A stretch of DNA of 64,000 nucleotides, from NCBI GenBank assembly GCA_963695555.1, contig CAVOGR010000002.1, forward strand, positions 160,001 through 224,000, written 5' to 3'. A program made the position numbers and the translations under genes. The notes under the pieces are model-generated. The model had not been told where the DNA came from. It made no database searches and saw only the letters and a list, made by a program, of their open reading frames with translations. Within the stretch, counting starts at the first letter, position 1, and the number at the start of each line of letters is the position of its first letter. The DNA comes from an uncultured Gemmatimonadales bacterium (GTDB lineage Bacteria; Gemmatimonadota; Gemmatimonadetes; Gemmatimonadales; GWC2-71-9). Of the stretch, positions 49,999-60,098 are shown in pieces.

Positions 49999-50664
49999 AT
50001 GTTCATCGGACACTACGGGGTAGCGCTCGCGCTCAAGCGAGCCGAGCCCAAGGTTTCCCTCGGAACGCTCTTCTTCGTGACCCAGTTCGTTGATGTCTTG
50101 TGGGGAGTGTTCCTACTGCTCGGCTGGGAGCGAGCCAGAATCGAGCCCGGTATCACCGAGGCAACGCCGATCAACTTCCTGTCGTACCCGCTCTCGCACA
50201 GCCTCCTCTCCGCCATCGTCTGGGCGGCCGTTGCCGCTGCCGTCTACTACTCCTGGCCCACCCGGGACACCGCCCGGCATGGCCGCGCTACCGTCGTCGT
50301 CGCCATCGCCGCAGCCTCGCATTGGTTGCTCGACGTGATCGTCCACCGTCCCGATCTTCCGTTGGCAGGGCCTCAGTCGACCAAGGTCGGGTTGGGCCTG
50401 TGGGACAGTCTTGCGGGCACCATCGCCGTGGAACTCCTCATCTTGGCGGTGGGGCTCGCGCTCTACCTGACCATATCCGTCAAGCGCCATCGGCCACGCC
50501 GAGGCCGTGTCGCCGTGCTCATGGTCGTCCTCCTCGGGCTTGCGGCCGCCAGCTATTTCGGCCCCTTGCCGGAGAACATGACCGTGGTCGCCGTGGGAGC
50601 CCTGGTCATGTATCTCGGTCTCACCGCTCTCGCGGCGTGGGCCGATCGCCGCCGCCAAGTGTAG
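49999..50664 (+). CDS. Membrane protein, metal-dependent hydrolase-like
   Basis: MFIGH, YPLSHSL, SHWLLDVIVHRPDLP, GLGLW. Confidence 0.8.
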   Translation: MFIGHYGVALALKRAEPKVSLGTLFFVTQFVDVLWGVFLLLGWERARIEPGITEATPINFLSYPLSHSLLSAIVWAAVAAAVYYSWPTRDTARHGRATVVVAIAAASHWLLDVIVHRPDLPLAGPQSTKVGLGLWDSLAGTIAVELLILAVGLALYLTISVKRHRPRRGRVAVLMVVLLGLAAASYFGPLPENMTVVAVGALVMYLGLTALAAWADRRRQV

Positions 50665-50670
50665 CGACGC

Positions 50671-51042
50671 ATGCATCGTCTCTTCACGATTCTCGGTGCC
50701 GGCTCGGCGTTTATCGCCGTAGCGGCCGGAGCGTTCGGAGCCCATTCCCTCAAGGGGCGACTGTCGGCGGAGGCTCTGGCCACCTTCGAGACCGCGGCCA
50801 AGTATGAGATGTATCACGCGTTGGCGCTCCTGGCGGTGGCCTGGGCCGTGACCAAGTGGCCGGGAGCGCTCACGCATTGGGCCGGCTGGTTGTTTGTCCT
50901 CGGGACGGTGCTGTTCTCGGGCAGCCTCTACGCCCTGGCCCTAAGCGGCACGCGCTGGCTCGGCGCGATCACCCCGGTCGGCGGGGTCGCGTTCCTGGCG
51001 GGGTGGGTCTGCCTTGGGCTGGCGGCGATTCGCGCGGGGTAG
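50671..51042 (+). CDS. DUF423 (YgdD/TMEM256) membrane protein
   Basis: GAFGAH, YEMYHALALL, FSGSLY, GAITPVGG. Confidence 0.92.
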   Translation: MHRLFTILGAGSAFIAVAAGAFGAHSLKGRLSAEALATFETAAKYEMYHALALLAVAWAVTKWPGALTHWAGWLFVLGTVLFSGSLYALALSGTRWLGAITPVGGVAFLAGWVCLGLAAIRAG

Positions 51043-51058
51043 GCATCACCAGCACGAC

Positions 51059-51093
51059 GAAGGGGGCGTCACGCGATTGGTGACGCCCCCTTC
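51059..51093. terminator. Probable bidirectional terminator hairpin
   Basis: GAAGGGGGCGTCAC-gcgattg-GTGACGCCCCCTTC, 14-bp stem between convergent genes. Confidence 0.75.
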
Positions 51094-51115
51094 CCACCTT
51101 CGACTACGACTCCAC

Positions 51116-52381
51116 CTACAACTTGATCAGCTCGACCCGGCGGTTCTGCTGCCGGCCCTCCGGCGTGTCGTTGTTGGCCACGGCCTCGGTCTCGCCCTTG
51201 CCCCGGTCTTCCAGCCGGCTCTGGTCGATGCCGTAGGTCTCGACCAGGTACCGGCGCACCGACGCGGCCCGGCGCTCGGAGAGGCTTTGGTTCGACGCGT
51301 CATCGCCGACGGCATCGGTGTGCCCGACGATGGCGATCCGGAGATCGGGGTGAGACGCCATCATGTCGCCCATCTGTTCGAGCGTCGGGGTGGACTCCGG
51401 CTTAATCCGATCGCTGCCGGTGTCGAACAGGATGCCTTGGGTGGAGACCCGGCCCTCGGCCTCCAGCACGTCATACAGATCCCGTCCGCCCTCGGCGATG
51501 CGGATCGGGCCGAGGTAGAGCGGGTTCTCTGCGCTCCCCGAGTAGATGTTCTCGATGTAGATCTCAGCCGAGCGCCGGAATTCGGCGTTGGGAATATTCG
51601 CAACACGACGCTCCCGCACGTACACCTTGGCATACCGACCGTCGACCATAATACGGATCGGGACCAACCCGGTCTCGACTTCAGGAGACCGATTCGTGGA
51701 CTCGACGCCAGCCTTTGCGCGCGTGGTGACTCCGGTCCCGTGAGCCACGCCGATCTGGAAGAAGTTCCCTTCGAGCGTGTTCCAGTACTTTCCCGGCTCG
51801 GGCGCGGTCGTCGAGACGATCATCCTATGGTTGCCATGTGTGAAGTGCGCGTCGAGCTCGATCGTGAAGCTCTGGGGCAATTCACGCGGGAGTGCGATCT
51901 TCACAGCCGCATGCCGAGGCCCCGTGTTCCGGAGGAGCCGCTGGCCCTCCCACTCGATGATCTCCCAGTTGCCCCGGACGAACTCGAGCCGCTTCGGGAA
52001 GTCTCCCACGCGGTCCGCGGAAAAATCGTCAGCAAAGAGTATGCGGTTGCCCGGCACGAAGTCGTAGTTGGCCCACACGCCTTCACCGGGCTTGGCCGGT
52101 ACGGCCGCGTCGGCGTCCACGACCTCCCCGTCCTGGTCCACAATGACGACTTGCTTGCCGTCCTTCTCCGCTTGCTCGATGCAGTCGGAGTCGCCCGCTG
52201 TACAGCGGATCTCGTTTTCGGTCTTGTCCAACGCCTCGTCGATCTCTTTGTCTACCGCCCGGTCGACCTTGCGTTCGATTTTCTTCTTGAGGCCGCCAAG
52301 CTGGCCGACGGCGGGGGTGGGAGCGGCCACGAGGCCACCAACCAGAAGACCAATAGCAGCTACGCGAAGGGTCAGCATCAT
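51116..52381 (-). CDS. OmpA-C domain protein with N-terminal beta-rich domain
   Basis: Signal peptide; YDFVPG..LFADDFS..VGDFP; FDTGSD, GHTD, LSERRA, NRRVE. Confidence 0.87.
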   Translation of the reverse strand: MMLTLRVAAIGLLVGGLVAAPTPAVGQLGGLKKKIERKVDRAVDKEIDEALDKTENEIRCTAGDSDCIEQAEKDGKQVVIVDQDGEVVDADAAVPAKPGEGVWANYDFVPGNRILFADDFSADRVGDFPKRLEFVRGNWEIIEWEGQRLLRNTGPRHAAVKIALPRELPQSFTIELDAHFTHGNHRMIVSTTAPEPGKYWNTLEGNFFQIGVAHGTGVTTRAKAGVESTNRSPEVETGLVPIRIMVDGRYAKVYVRERRVANIPNAEFRRSAEIYIENIYSGSAENPLYLGPIRIAEGGRDLYDVLEAEGRVSTQGILFDTGSDRIKPESTPTLEQMGDMMASHPDLRIAIVGHTDAVGDDASNQSLSERRAASVRRYLVETYGIDQSRLEDRGKGETEAVANNDTPEGRQQNRRVELIKL

Positions 52382-52550
52382 TTCCTCCATTCCGGAATAC
52401 CTAGATGGCTAAGGTACCCCCAGATCGGCGACGTGCCAACCCTGACTGGAACGTGATGACGCGTGCATGGCCGGTGGAATCATCCACCGACCGGGCGTCG
52501 CGCGCGCATATGAGGGAAGTAGTGACGGCGAGCCCGCCGCGGTCCGGACT

Positions 52551-52898
52551 CTACGGGTGTTGGATGCCGAGGTACCAGAACAACGCGAGCAACGCGAAGA
52601 GAATGATCGCCGCGATGATGATGGGGAACACGAAGACCGAGCTGAAGATCTTGCTGTCCTGCTTCAGGTGCATATAGAACATGGCCACCAAGGCGAATTT
52701 GGCCGCCGACAGCAGTAGTAAGATCTCCACGATCAGCGGCTCGACAACCGCGGCCAGCCCCGCCGGGGCGCCGCTGCGGGCGACTTCGTATGCGCCCACT
52801 TCGAGGGCCGTCAGGGCGAACAGGGTCAGAGCGATCTTGATGTAGACCGCGGTCCCCGGATGGGGTTTCTCGTGCGCTGTTGTCGCTTGATCGTTCAT
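52551..52898 (-). CDS. ctaF: Cytochrome c oxidase subunit IV family
   Basis: LTALEV, KFALVAMFYMHLK; operon position. Confidence 0.85.
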   Translation of the reverse strand: MNDQATTAHEKPHPGTAVYIKIALTLFALTALEVGAYEVARSGAPAGLAAVVEPLIVEILLLLSAAKFALVAMFYMHLKQDSKIFSSVFVFPIIIAAIILFALLALFWYLGIQHP

Positions 52899-52908
52899 AT
52901 ATGGGTTC

Positions 52909-53538
52909 TCACCGCATCAGGTACACGACGGGGAAGATCACGATCCACACCACATCGACGAAATGCCAGTACAATGCCGCAATCTCGAGGTTCAGCGATT
53001 TGTCGGGCGGCAGCTTCCCGCGCAGCCCGAGAATCCAGATCGTCAGAAGCCAAATCAGCCCGATCGTGACGTGGGTGCCATGGAAGCCCGTGAGGGTGTA
53101 GAAGGTCGACCCGAACAGATTGGTGGTGTAGCCCAAGCCCTCGTGAGCGAAATGATAGAACTCGTACACCTGCATGCCGACGAAGAACACGCCGCAGAAG
53201 ATCGTGGCGCCAAGCCAACCCAGGAGGGCACGTCGGTCTCCGCGCTGGGCCCCAGCCAGGGCCATCACGACAAAGAATGAGCTGAAGAGAAGCAGCGCCG
53301 TCCCCGTGGTGACGAGGGGAATCTGGAGGATGGGCTCGAATTCCTGGCCGGTCGGCGAGGTCCATGGCTCGTGCGGAAACGGCCCAACCAGGCTCTTCCC
53401 CTTGTAGACCAGATAGACCGAAATGAGCGACGCGAAGAACAGGCACTCGGACCCGATGAAGGCCCAGATCGCGAGCTTCCGGGAATCGAGGCCCGTGCTC
53501 GTTTCGATGGGGATCGCGTGTGCGGAGTCGTGTGACAC
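52909..53538 (-). CDS. ctaE: Cytochrome c oxidase subunit III
   Basis: WAFIGSECLFF, TGFHGTHV, LYWHFVDVVW. Confidence 0.95.
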   Translation of the reverse strand: MSHDSAHAIPIETSTGLDSRKLAIWAFIGSECLFFASLISVYLVYKGKSLVGPFPHEPWTSPTGQEFEPILQIPLVTTGTALLLFSSFFVVMALAGAQRGDRRALLGWLGATIFCGVFFVGMQVYEFYHFAHEGLGYTTNLFGSTFYTLTGFHGTHVTIGLIWLLTIWILGLRGKLPPDKSLNLEIAALYWHFVDVVWIVIFPVVYLMR

Positions 53539-53561
53539 GAACGGTCTATCCCAGACTGGAG

Positions 53562-55385
53562 TTAGCCGGCGGGCTCAAAGGCCCAGGAAAAGATACCAAG
53601 CGCGGTGATGGCGCCACCGGCGAGAATCACCCAGAGATTCACTCCGAGCAGGAAGCCGACAAAGAAGACGGCGATCCCGAGGGCGGTGACAATGGGCCAG
53701 AAGGACGGATTGGGAAGATGGATCCCCTGCCCGCTCACCCGCTTGGGCTCGGGTGCCACGCCGTGGGTGCGCCGCTGCTCCCACAGCGGATCCCGTGAAT
53801 ACACGGTTGGCAACGCGCCAAAGTTGAACTCCTGTGGCGGCGAGGGAATCGACCACTCCAGGGTGCCACCCTCCCACGGGTCCGCCGGCGCGATGTTATG
53901 CCGTGAGCGAATGATGTTGTAGATGAACACGAGGAACGAGGCCCCGAGCACCAGTGAGCCAGCGGTCTCGATCCGGTTCCACAACTCGAACCCAAGCCCC
54001 TCCGGATAGGTATAGACCCGGCGTGGCATGCCGTTCAGGCCGAGGAAGTGCATGGGGAAGAACGTGACGTTCATGCCGATGAACGTGAGCCAAAAATGGA
54101 GTTTGCCCAATCCTTCGCCCAGCACGCGCCCGAACATCTTCGGATACCAGTAGTACGCGCCACCGAGCAACGCGAGGACCGAGCCGCCAAAGAGCACATA
54201 ATGAAAGTGCGCCACGACGAAATAAGTGTCGGTTTGCTGCAGGTCGGCGGGCGGAACCGAGTGCATGATGCCCGACAGCCCTCCGATGATGAACATGGCG
54301 ATGAAGCCAAGCGCGAAGTACATCGGGGTCTTCAATCGTAGAGAGCCGCCCCACACCGTGCCGATCCAGTTGAAGATCTTCACCCCGGTGGGAATGGCGA
54401 TGAGCATGGTCGCGAGGCCGAACACGGTGTCGGCGACCGGCCCCATGCCCGTTGCGAACATGTGGTGACTCCACACGCCGAAGCCGAGGAACGCGATGAG
54501 CGCCCCGGAAAAGACCATCGCCGCGTAGCCGAACAGCGGTTTACGCGAAAACACCGGCAGAATTTCCGAGATGATCCCAAAGGCCGGCAGGATGAGGATA
54601 TAGACCTCCGGGTGCCCGAAGATCCAGAATAAATGCTGCCAGAGCACCGGATCGCCGCCGCCCGCCGGAATGAAGAAGCTGGTGCCGAAGAATCGGTCGA
54701 CCATCAAAAGGATCAACGCCACCGTGATGACCGGGAACGCCAGCAAGAGCAGGATCTGCGTGATGAGGCTCATCCACACGAACATCGGCATGCGCATCAT
54801 GCGCATGCCGTGGCAGCGGAGATTGACGATCGTGACGAAGAAATTGACCGCCGCCGCCAGCGAGGCCACGCCCAAGATCTGGAGCCCGATCACCCAGAAG
54901 TCGACGTTCAGCCCGGGGCTGAACTGCTTCGACGTGAGATTGGCATACCCGAACCACCCGGCATTCGGTGCGGCATTGAGCAGAAAGCTCGAGTTCAAGA
55001 GCAGGCCGCCCAGCAAGAACACCCAGTAGCTGAACGCGTTGAGCCGGGGGAATGCGACGTCCCGCGCGCCGATCTGGAGCGGGATCATGAAGTTGAAGAA
55101 CATGGCCGACAACGGCATTACCCCGAGGAAAATCATCGTGGTGCCGTGCATCGTGAACAGCTGGTTGTATACGTCGGGCGACACGAACGTGTTGTCGGGC
55201 GCGCCGAGCTGCCAGCGCATGAGGAGGGCCTCGAGGCCGCCCAGGAGGAAGAAGAAGAAGGCCGTCACCCCGTAGAGAATCCCGATCCGTTTGTGATCGA
55301 CGGTCGTGATCCAGCTCCACAGACCCGTCGCGCGCGCATGCGCGTCGGAGGGTGGATGAGGCTGTTCTACTGCCGTGGTCGCCAT
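53562..55385 (-). CDS. ctaD: Cytochrome c oxidase subunit I (A1-type)
   Basis: TVDHKRIG, TMHGT, FWIFGHPEVY, WSHHMF, VAHFHY, GMPRR. Confidence 0.97.
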   Translation of the reverse strand: MATTAVEQPHPPSDAHARATGLWSWITTVDHKRIGILYGVTAFFFFLLGGLEALLMRWQLGAPDNTFVSPDVYNQLFTMHGTTMIFLGVMPLSAMFFNFMIPLQIGARDVAFPRLNAFSYWVFLLGGLLLNSSFLLNAAPNAGWFGYANLTSKQFSPGLNVDFWVIGLQILGVASLAAAVNFFVTIVNLRCHGMRMMRMPMFVWMSLITQILLLLAFPVITVALILLMVDRFFGTSFFIPAGGGDPVLWQHLFWIFGHPEVYILILPAFGIISEILPVFSRKPLFGYAAMVFSGALIAFLGFGVWSHHMFATGMGPVADTVFGLATMLIAIPTGVKIFNWIGTVWGGSLRLKTPMYFALGFIAMFIIGGLSGIMHSVPPADLQQTDTYFVVAHFHYVLFGGSVLALLGGAYYWYPKMFGRVLGEGLGKLHFWLTFIGMNVTFFPMHFLGLNGMPRRVYTYPEGLGFELWNRIETAGSLVLGASFLVFIYNIIRSRHNIAPADPWEGGTLEWSIPSPPQEFNFGALPTVYSRDPLWEQRRTHGVAPEPKRVSGQGIHLPNPSFWPIVTALGIAVFFVGFLLGVNLWVILAGGAITALGIFSWAFEPAG

Positions 55386-55419
55386 GCCGACTCCGTCAAC
55401 TGCAAGGTCGAAGCAGGGA

Positions 55420-56493
55420 TTAGGGTGTTGCCGCCAGCGCCGGGGGCAACGTCGTCACCCGCTGGGTTCGTAGGTACGCCACCAACGCACGAATGTCGTC
55501 CTCGCTCAAGCCGAGGTTCGGCATCAGCGCACCCTGCTTGTATTCCTGTGGGTTCCGGAGCCAGCGCGCGAGGTTGGCATCGGTGTTCGGAAGCGACCCG
55601 GCCGCAATCGTCAGCCGGCCGCCGATGTTCGCCAGGTTGGGCCCAACGAGGCCGGCGGGTGGATCGACCGCCCGGAGCGCGTGGCAACCCACACACGCCC
55701 GCGTGGCGAACAGCGCCTGCCCTGCCAAGGCCAGGCTGTCCCCGTCGAACACCGGCACCGGGGCGCTGGCCGCCGACATCCGCGCCACCCACGCATCGAA
55801 ATCCGCCGGAGCCGTGGCGATGACCCGATGGGCCATCCGCCCGTGCTGGATGCCGCAAAACTCCGCGCACTGCCCCGGGAAAACCCCCGCCTCTTCAGCG
55901 GTAAACCAGAGCCGGTTATCCCGTCCATAAAACACATCACGCTTGGCGGCCAGCTGGGGAATCCAGAAGCTGTGGAGCACGTCCGCGGTTCGCATTCGCA
56001 GGTCCACAGGCCGGCCCACGGGCACATACATCTCGCTGGCGGTTGTGATGTTGAACTCGGGATACCGGAACTCCCACCACCACTGGTGGCCGATCACTTC
56101 GATGACCAGCGGGTCGCCGGGCGGGGGCTCGGCGGTCCGGAAAATGGTCCGCACCGTCGGAATCGCGATGAACACCAGGATGGTGGCAGGAATGATGGTC
56201 CAAATCACCTCGAGCAGCGCATTCCCGTGAAACTGCGAGGCCTCCGGGCCCCCGGGCCTCTCTCGGTACTTGAAGATCGCGAAGAGCAAGGCACCCTCGA
56301 CCAGCACGAAGACCCCGGCTGCCCACCACACCGTGGACCGGAACAGCGTGTCAACGGCCCGGGCAAAGTCGCCTTTTGGGGCCAGCGTGGTCTGTGGGTA
56401 GTTCTCCGCGCACCCGGCCAGAACCAGGAGGACGAGACCGAGAAGTGGCGCAAATCGGCGGAGGCGGCGCCGCGCAGCAGGGGGAATGCGCAT
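55420..56493 (-). CDS. ctaC: Cytochrome c oxidase subunit II with fused cytochrome c (caa3 type)
   Basis: Lipobox LAGC; DVLHSFW and CAEFCGIQHGRM (CuA); CVGCH heme motif. Confidence 0.96.
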   Translation of the reverse strand: MRIPPAARRRLRRFAPLLGLVLLVLAGCAENYPQTTLAPKGDFARAVDTLFRSTVWWAAGVFVLVEGALLFAIFKYRERPGGPEASQFHGNALLEVIWTIIPATILVFIAIPTVRTIFRTAEPPPGDPLVIEVIGHQWWWEFRYPEFNITTASEMYVPVGRPVDLRMRTADVLHSFWIPQLAAKRDVFYGRDNRLWFTAEEAGVFPGQCAEFCGIQHGRMAHRVIATAPADFDAWVARMSAASAPVPVFDGDSLALAGQALFATRACVGCHALRAVDPPAGLVGPNLANIGGRLTIAAGSLPNTDANLARWLRNPQEYKQGALMPNLGLSEDDIRALVAYLRTQRVTTLPPALAATP

Positions 56494-56549
56494 AAACGCG
56501 AGATACCGGGTCGGGATTCTTAGAAGAAAGCCGGATTTCAGGAGCCCGC

Positions 56550-56579
56550 AGGTTAGCGGGAAGTGACCCTCGTCGTCAA
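56550..56579 (-). promoter_or_regulatory. Sigma70-like promoter of the cta operon
   Basis: TTGACG-N18-TAACCT on the minus strand. Confidence 0.5.
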
Positions 56580-56619
56580 GGAAAAGCTTTAGTCTCGGCA
56601 GGATTGGATGGCCGTCCGG

Positions 56620-57990
56620 TTAGCGCGTTTCGCGCATCAGGGCCTCGATATCCGCTGGCGCGCGCGGAGCGCCGGCCGAGAGCAGCTCGTGTCCACGGGC
56701 GGTGACCAGAACGTCGTCCTCGATCCGGATGCCGATTCGTTCCTCGGGAATGTAGATACCCGGCTCGATCGTGAGCACCATCCCCTCGGCAAACGGCGTG
56801 CTGTAGTCCCCGACATCGTGGACATCCATCCCGAGCCAGTGGCTGAGCCCATGCACGAAATAGCGATCGCAGGTTCCCGGCTGGCACAGCTCGCCGGAGT
56901 GCTCCCGCATGTAGACCCGGGCAATTCGATTGAGATCCTGCGTGGTGACGCCGGGCCGGACCGAATCGATGGCGGCCTGTTGGGTCGCCAAGACCAGGTC
57001 GTAGAGCGCCCGCTGACGCTCGGTGAACGTGCCGGTTACCGGAACCGTGCGCGTGACGTCCGCCGTGTAATAGCCGAACTCGGCGCCGATATCCATCACC
57101 ACCAAGTCTCCCGCCTCACTCTGCCCGCGGCTCTTGTCATAGTGGAGCACGGTGGCATTGGTGCCGGCGCCTATAATGCTGGGAAAGCCCACGCGTTCCG
57201 CTCCGGAGCGTCGGAACGTGGCCTCGATCACCGCCTCGATCTCATATTCCCACATTCCCGGCCGGATGACCCGCATCGCGGCGCGCTCCGCTTCGGCGGT
57301 GATGTCGATCGCCCGACGCAGGCGTCTCAGCTCATCGGCATCCTTGACCAGCCGCCCCGCCGCAACCAGCGGACGTAAGTCCGATACCACGGGGGGCGTG
57401 CGCGACACACTGGGGCCGAACACCAGCTCGCGGAACAGCGGAACATCGCTCTCCCGCTCGCCACGCGAGATGTAGAGCCCACCGCTCCGAGCCGGAGAAT
57501 TGGGTCGTAGGACCAGGCGTCGGATGTCACGTTCGGCCTCGGTGTTAGCTCGGGTGTCCTCGATCCCGGTCAGCGCTGCGGCCTCGGGCCCGGGACCGAG
57601 GGCCGGACCGGTCCAGCGTTCGGCGATCGTATCTCGCGGAGGCAGGTAGAGGATCTCCTGGTCTGGCGCAGAGTCGCGTGCGACGAGAACCAGCCACGAG
57701 CCGGCGGTTTCGAGCCCCGTCAGGTAGAAGAAGTCGTTGTCCTGACGGAAGTCGCTGTCCTGAGGATGGGCGCCTTCGGCCTCGAGGCTGCGTTGATCCG
57801 CCGACCGGAGAATGGCCACACCAATACCCATCCGGTCGAGCAGCGCCGCGCGTCGCGCCTGCAGGTACTCGACCGGTACCGGCCCGGCGGGCGATCCGGC
57901 CTGGGCAAGCCCCGGCGCCGCAGCCACCAGCAGCGCCAGAGGAACCAACAGGAGGCCTCTAACGGATGGGCAGATCGAACGGAATCGCAT
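56620..57990 (-). CDS. pepP: Xaa-Pro aminopeptidase (M24B) with signal peptide
   Basis: FRQDNDFFYLTG, LHY, DIGAE..YYTADVTRT, HGLSHWLGMDVHD, TIEPGIY, RIEDD. Confidence 0.92.
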   Translation of the reverse strand: MRFRSICPSVRGLLLVPLALLVAAAPGLAQAGSPAGPVPVEYLQARRAALLDRMGIGVAILRSADQRSLEAEGAHPQDSDFRQDNDFFYLTGLETAGSWLVLVARDSAPDQEILYLPPRDTIAERWTGPALGPGPEAAALTGIEDTRANTEAERDIRRLVLRPNSPARSGGLYISRGERESDVPLFRELVFGPSVSRTPPVVSDLRPLVAAGRLVKDADELRRLRRAIDITAEAERAAMRVIRPGMWEYEIEAVIEATFRRSGAERVGFPSIIGAGTNATVLHYDKSRGQSEAGDLVVMDIGAEFGYYTADVTRTVPVTGTFTERQRALYDLVLATQQAAIDSVRPGVTTQDLNRIARVYMREHSGELCQPGTCDRYFVHGLSHWLGMDVHDVGDYSTPFAEGMVLTIEPGIYIPEERIGIRIEDDVLVTARGHELLSAGAPRAPADIEALMRETR

Positions 57991-58669
57991 GATCGACCGA
58001 ATAGCTGAAGTGCCACCATTCCTTCTCATAATTCTCGAAACCCTCCGCCTCCATCGCGTGAAGCAAGATCTGACGGTGTCGTCGCACATCACCCTCGGCA
58101 TTAGCCGTATGAGCCGCCTCAGAAAACGTGTCGAACGGGGTCCCCATATCCAGTTCGAGTCCCGTGGACCGCTCGACCAGCGTGAGATCAACAGCAACGC
58201 CGAGGTTGTGGCGGCTCTGCCGGGCAATGTACCCCTCGGCGAGCAGGTGCTCCCGACCGGAGGACTCGGCCCACCGGACCATGGCCCGTGTGGCTCGGAC
58301 CGGGCGGTAGCCATCGAACACCTTGAGCCCGTACGGGCCGCCTCGGAGCCTGGCTTGAACCCGGCTCAGGGCCTCCGCCGCCTCCCGGCGCAGCAGCGCG
58401 CGTGGGGCCTCATATCCCGGCAACGGTATGCCGGTGAAGTTGTCGGCGCCCGCATACCGAGCCTCCACCACGATGGTCGTGTCCAGATCCGCGAGGTCCA
58501 CCAGCAGTGACTCGGCCAGCGTGCCCGAACCAATCGCGGCTCGGCCGAGGGCTGGGGGGGCGGTTGGGGAGGTCTCGGGATCGGGCGCCCGAACCCCGCA
58601 GGCCCCACCCACGGCGAACGTGGCAACGCAAAGCCAGCCGATCCCTCCGACACGCCGCATGGTCCTCAT
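57959..58669 (-). CDS. ddpX: D-Ala-D-Ala dipeptidase (VanX/DdpX, M15D), probable lipoprotein
   Basis: DNFTG, FDGYRP, SRHNLGVAVDLT, DMGTPFD, EWWHF. Confidence 0.92.
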   Translation of the reverse strand: MRTMRRVGGIGWLCVATFAVGGACGVRAPDPETSPTAPPALGRAAIGSGTLAESLLVDLADLDTTIVVEARYAGADNFTGIPLPGYEAPRALLRREAAEALSRVQARLRGGPYGLKVFDGYRPVRATRAMVRWAESSGREHLLAEGYIARQSRHNLGVAVDLTLVERSTGLELDMGTPFDTFSEAAHTANAEGDVRRHRQILLHAMEAEGFENYEKEWWHFSYSVDHAIPFDLPIR

Positions 58670-58842
58670 TGCGGCGGAGAATACGCTGAACCGGTCGGAA
58701 TTGCCACGAGCGGTCTCGGTCAATTTGGGCTATCTTATTATCTTGGGCCGAGTTAGAGAGTATCTTGTCGGCCATCGAGGCCCCGGGCCATTATTCCACG
58801 GGTCGGGTTGGAACCCCCACAACCTCGAAACCAAGGGTTGCC

Positions 58843-59301
58843 ATGCTCCAGGAGATGCGCGACAAGCTCGGGCGGGAAATCCAAGAGCTGACACGCGAAC
58901 TGACTATCACGCTCCCCAAGGCGATCGCGCACGCGGTGCAGATGGGCGATCTCAGGGAAAACTCCGAATACAAGGCCGCTCTCGAACGGCAGCAATTCGT
59001 CCAGGCCAGGCTCGGTCAGCTGTCACAACGCCTGAGCCAGATGAGCATGATGCAGACGGGGAGAGGTCCGAAGGACCAGGCAGGCCTGGGCTCGACTATC
59101 ACCGTTGTGGACGTGGACACCGAGGAGGAGGAGGTCTACACCCTCGTGCTGGCCGAGCTCATGGACGTCGACGCCGGTCACATTTCCCTCGCCTCGCCCC
59201 TAGGCCAAGCGCTCCGCAACCGCAAAGTCGGTGACGAAGTGGAGCTTCGATTGCCGCATAGCACTCGGCACCTACGCATCACCAAGATCGAGACCCCCTA
59301 G
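58843..59301 (+). CDS. greA: Transcription elongation factor GreA/GreB
   Basis: GDLRENSEYKAA, ISLASPLGQAL...VGD. Confidence 0.9.
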   Translation: MLQEMRDKLGREIQELTRELTITLPKAIAHAVQMGDLRENSEYKAALERQQFVQARLGQLSQRLSQMSMMQTGRGPKDQAGLGSTITVVDVDTEEEEVYTLVLAELMDVDAGHISLASPLGQALRNRKVGDEVELRLPHSTRHLRITKIETP

Positions 59302-59312
59302 GACGGTGCACA

Positions 59313-59693
59313 ATGGATGAGGCCTCAGAGTTCCCGAAGAAACATCTCCTGGTCGTCGGTGACCGCGTGTTGATCACGCCCGAAGAAGGAGACGATCGCT
59401 CGAAAGTCGGGCTGTATCTTCCCCCGACCGCGGTCGACTCCCTTCAAGTGCAGAGCGGGCTCGTCGTGGCTACCGGACCCGGTGATCCGATTCCCGATCC
59501 AACCGCATTCGAGGAAGAGCCCTGGAAGGTGCGGAAGGTCGAAGGGCGAACTCGTCCACTGCAGGCGAAGATCGGCGATCGGGCGATCTTTTTCCGGAAG
59601 GCGGCAGTCGAAATCACGTTCGAAGCCAAGAAATACCTCGTCGTTCCCCATGCCGCGATCCTCGTGCTCCTGCGCGAGGAGTTCCCCGTTTAG
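59313..59693 (+). CDS. Atypical GroES-family co-chaperone
   Basis: VGDRVLI, GLYLP, GLVVATGPG, GD; contains an EEEPWK insertion; no groEL adjacent. Confidence 0.8.
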   Translation: MDEASEFPKKHLLVVGDRVLITPEEGDDRSKVGLYLPPTAVDSLQVQSGLVVATGPGDPIPDPTAFEEEPWKVRKVEGRTRPLQAKIGDRAIFFRKAAVEITFEAKKYLVVPHAAILVLLREEFPV

Positions 59694-59714
59694 CCCTTCA
59701 CCACTCTCCACGCC

Positions 59715-60098
59715 ATGGCTCGCGCCCCTCTGACCGACAACGCCCGCCTCTATCGGCGCGCCATGTGGTTGGTGACCGTCTTCGGGCTCCTCGCGCTCAT
59801 GCTGGCAATCGCCGGCGCGCGAGGCCTTCTGCCCGTCGGGCTCGGCATTGCCGGTGGAGCGGTGTTCGGGATCAGCATCCTGTTGGCCGGGGTTCTCGGC
59901 ATCAAGATGCACCGCCAGGCGCTTGCCGACCGCGAGCTGGCGGCCCGGCGGGCAATGATCGTGATGCTGGCTGCAACACTGGGCAAGCAAGACGACTCGG
60001 CGCTCGAGCGAATCAAGACGCAGGGAGGCCCGGCCGGGGAGGCGGCAGCGCTCATTCTCGAGGGGCGCCAGGCTAAAGCGGGCGGACAGGCCCCCTAG
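59715..60098 (+). CDS. Hypothetical two-TM membrane protein
   Basis: Two hydrophobic helices; operonic spacing. Confidence 0.7.
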   Translation: MARAPLTDNARLYRRAMWLVTVFGLLALMLAIAGARGLLPVGLGIAGGAVFGISILLAGVLGIKMHRQALADRELAARRAMIVMLAATLGKQDDSALERIKTQGGPAGEAAALILEGRQAKAGGQAP

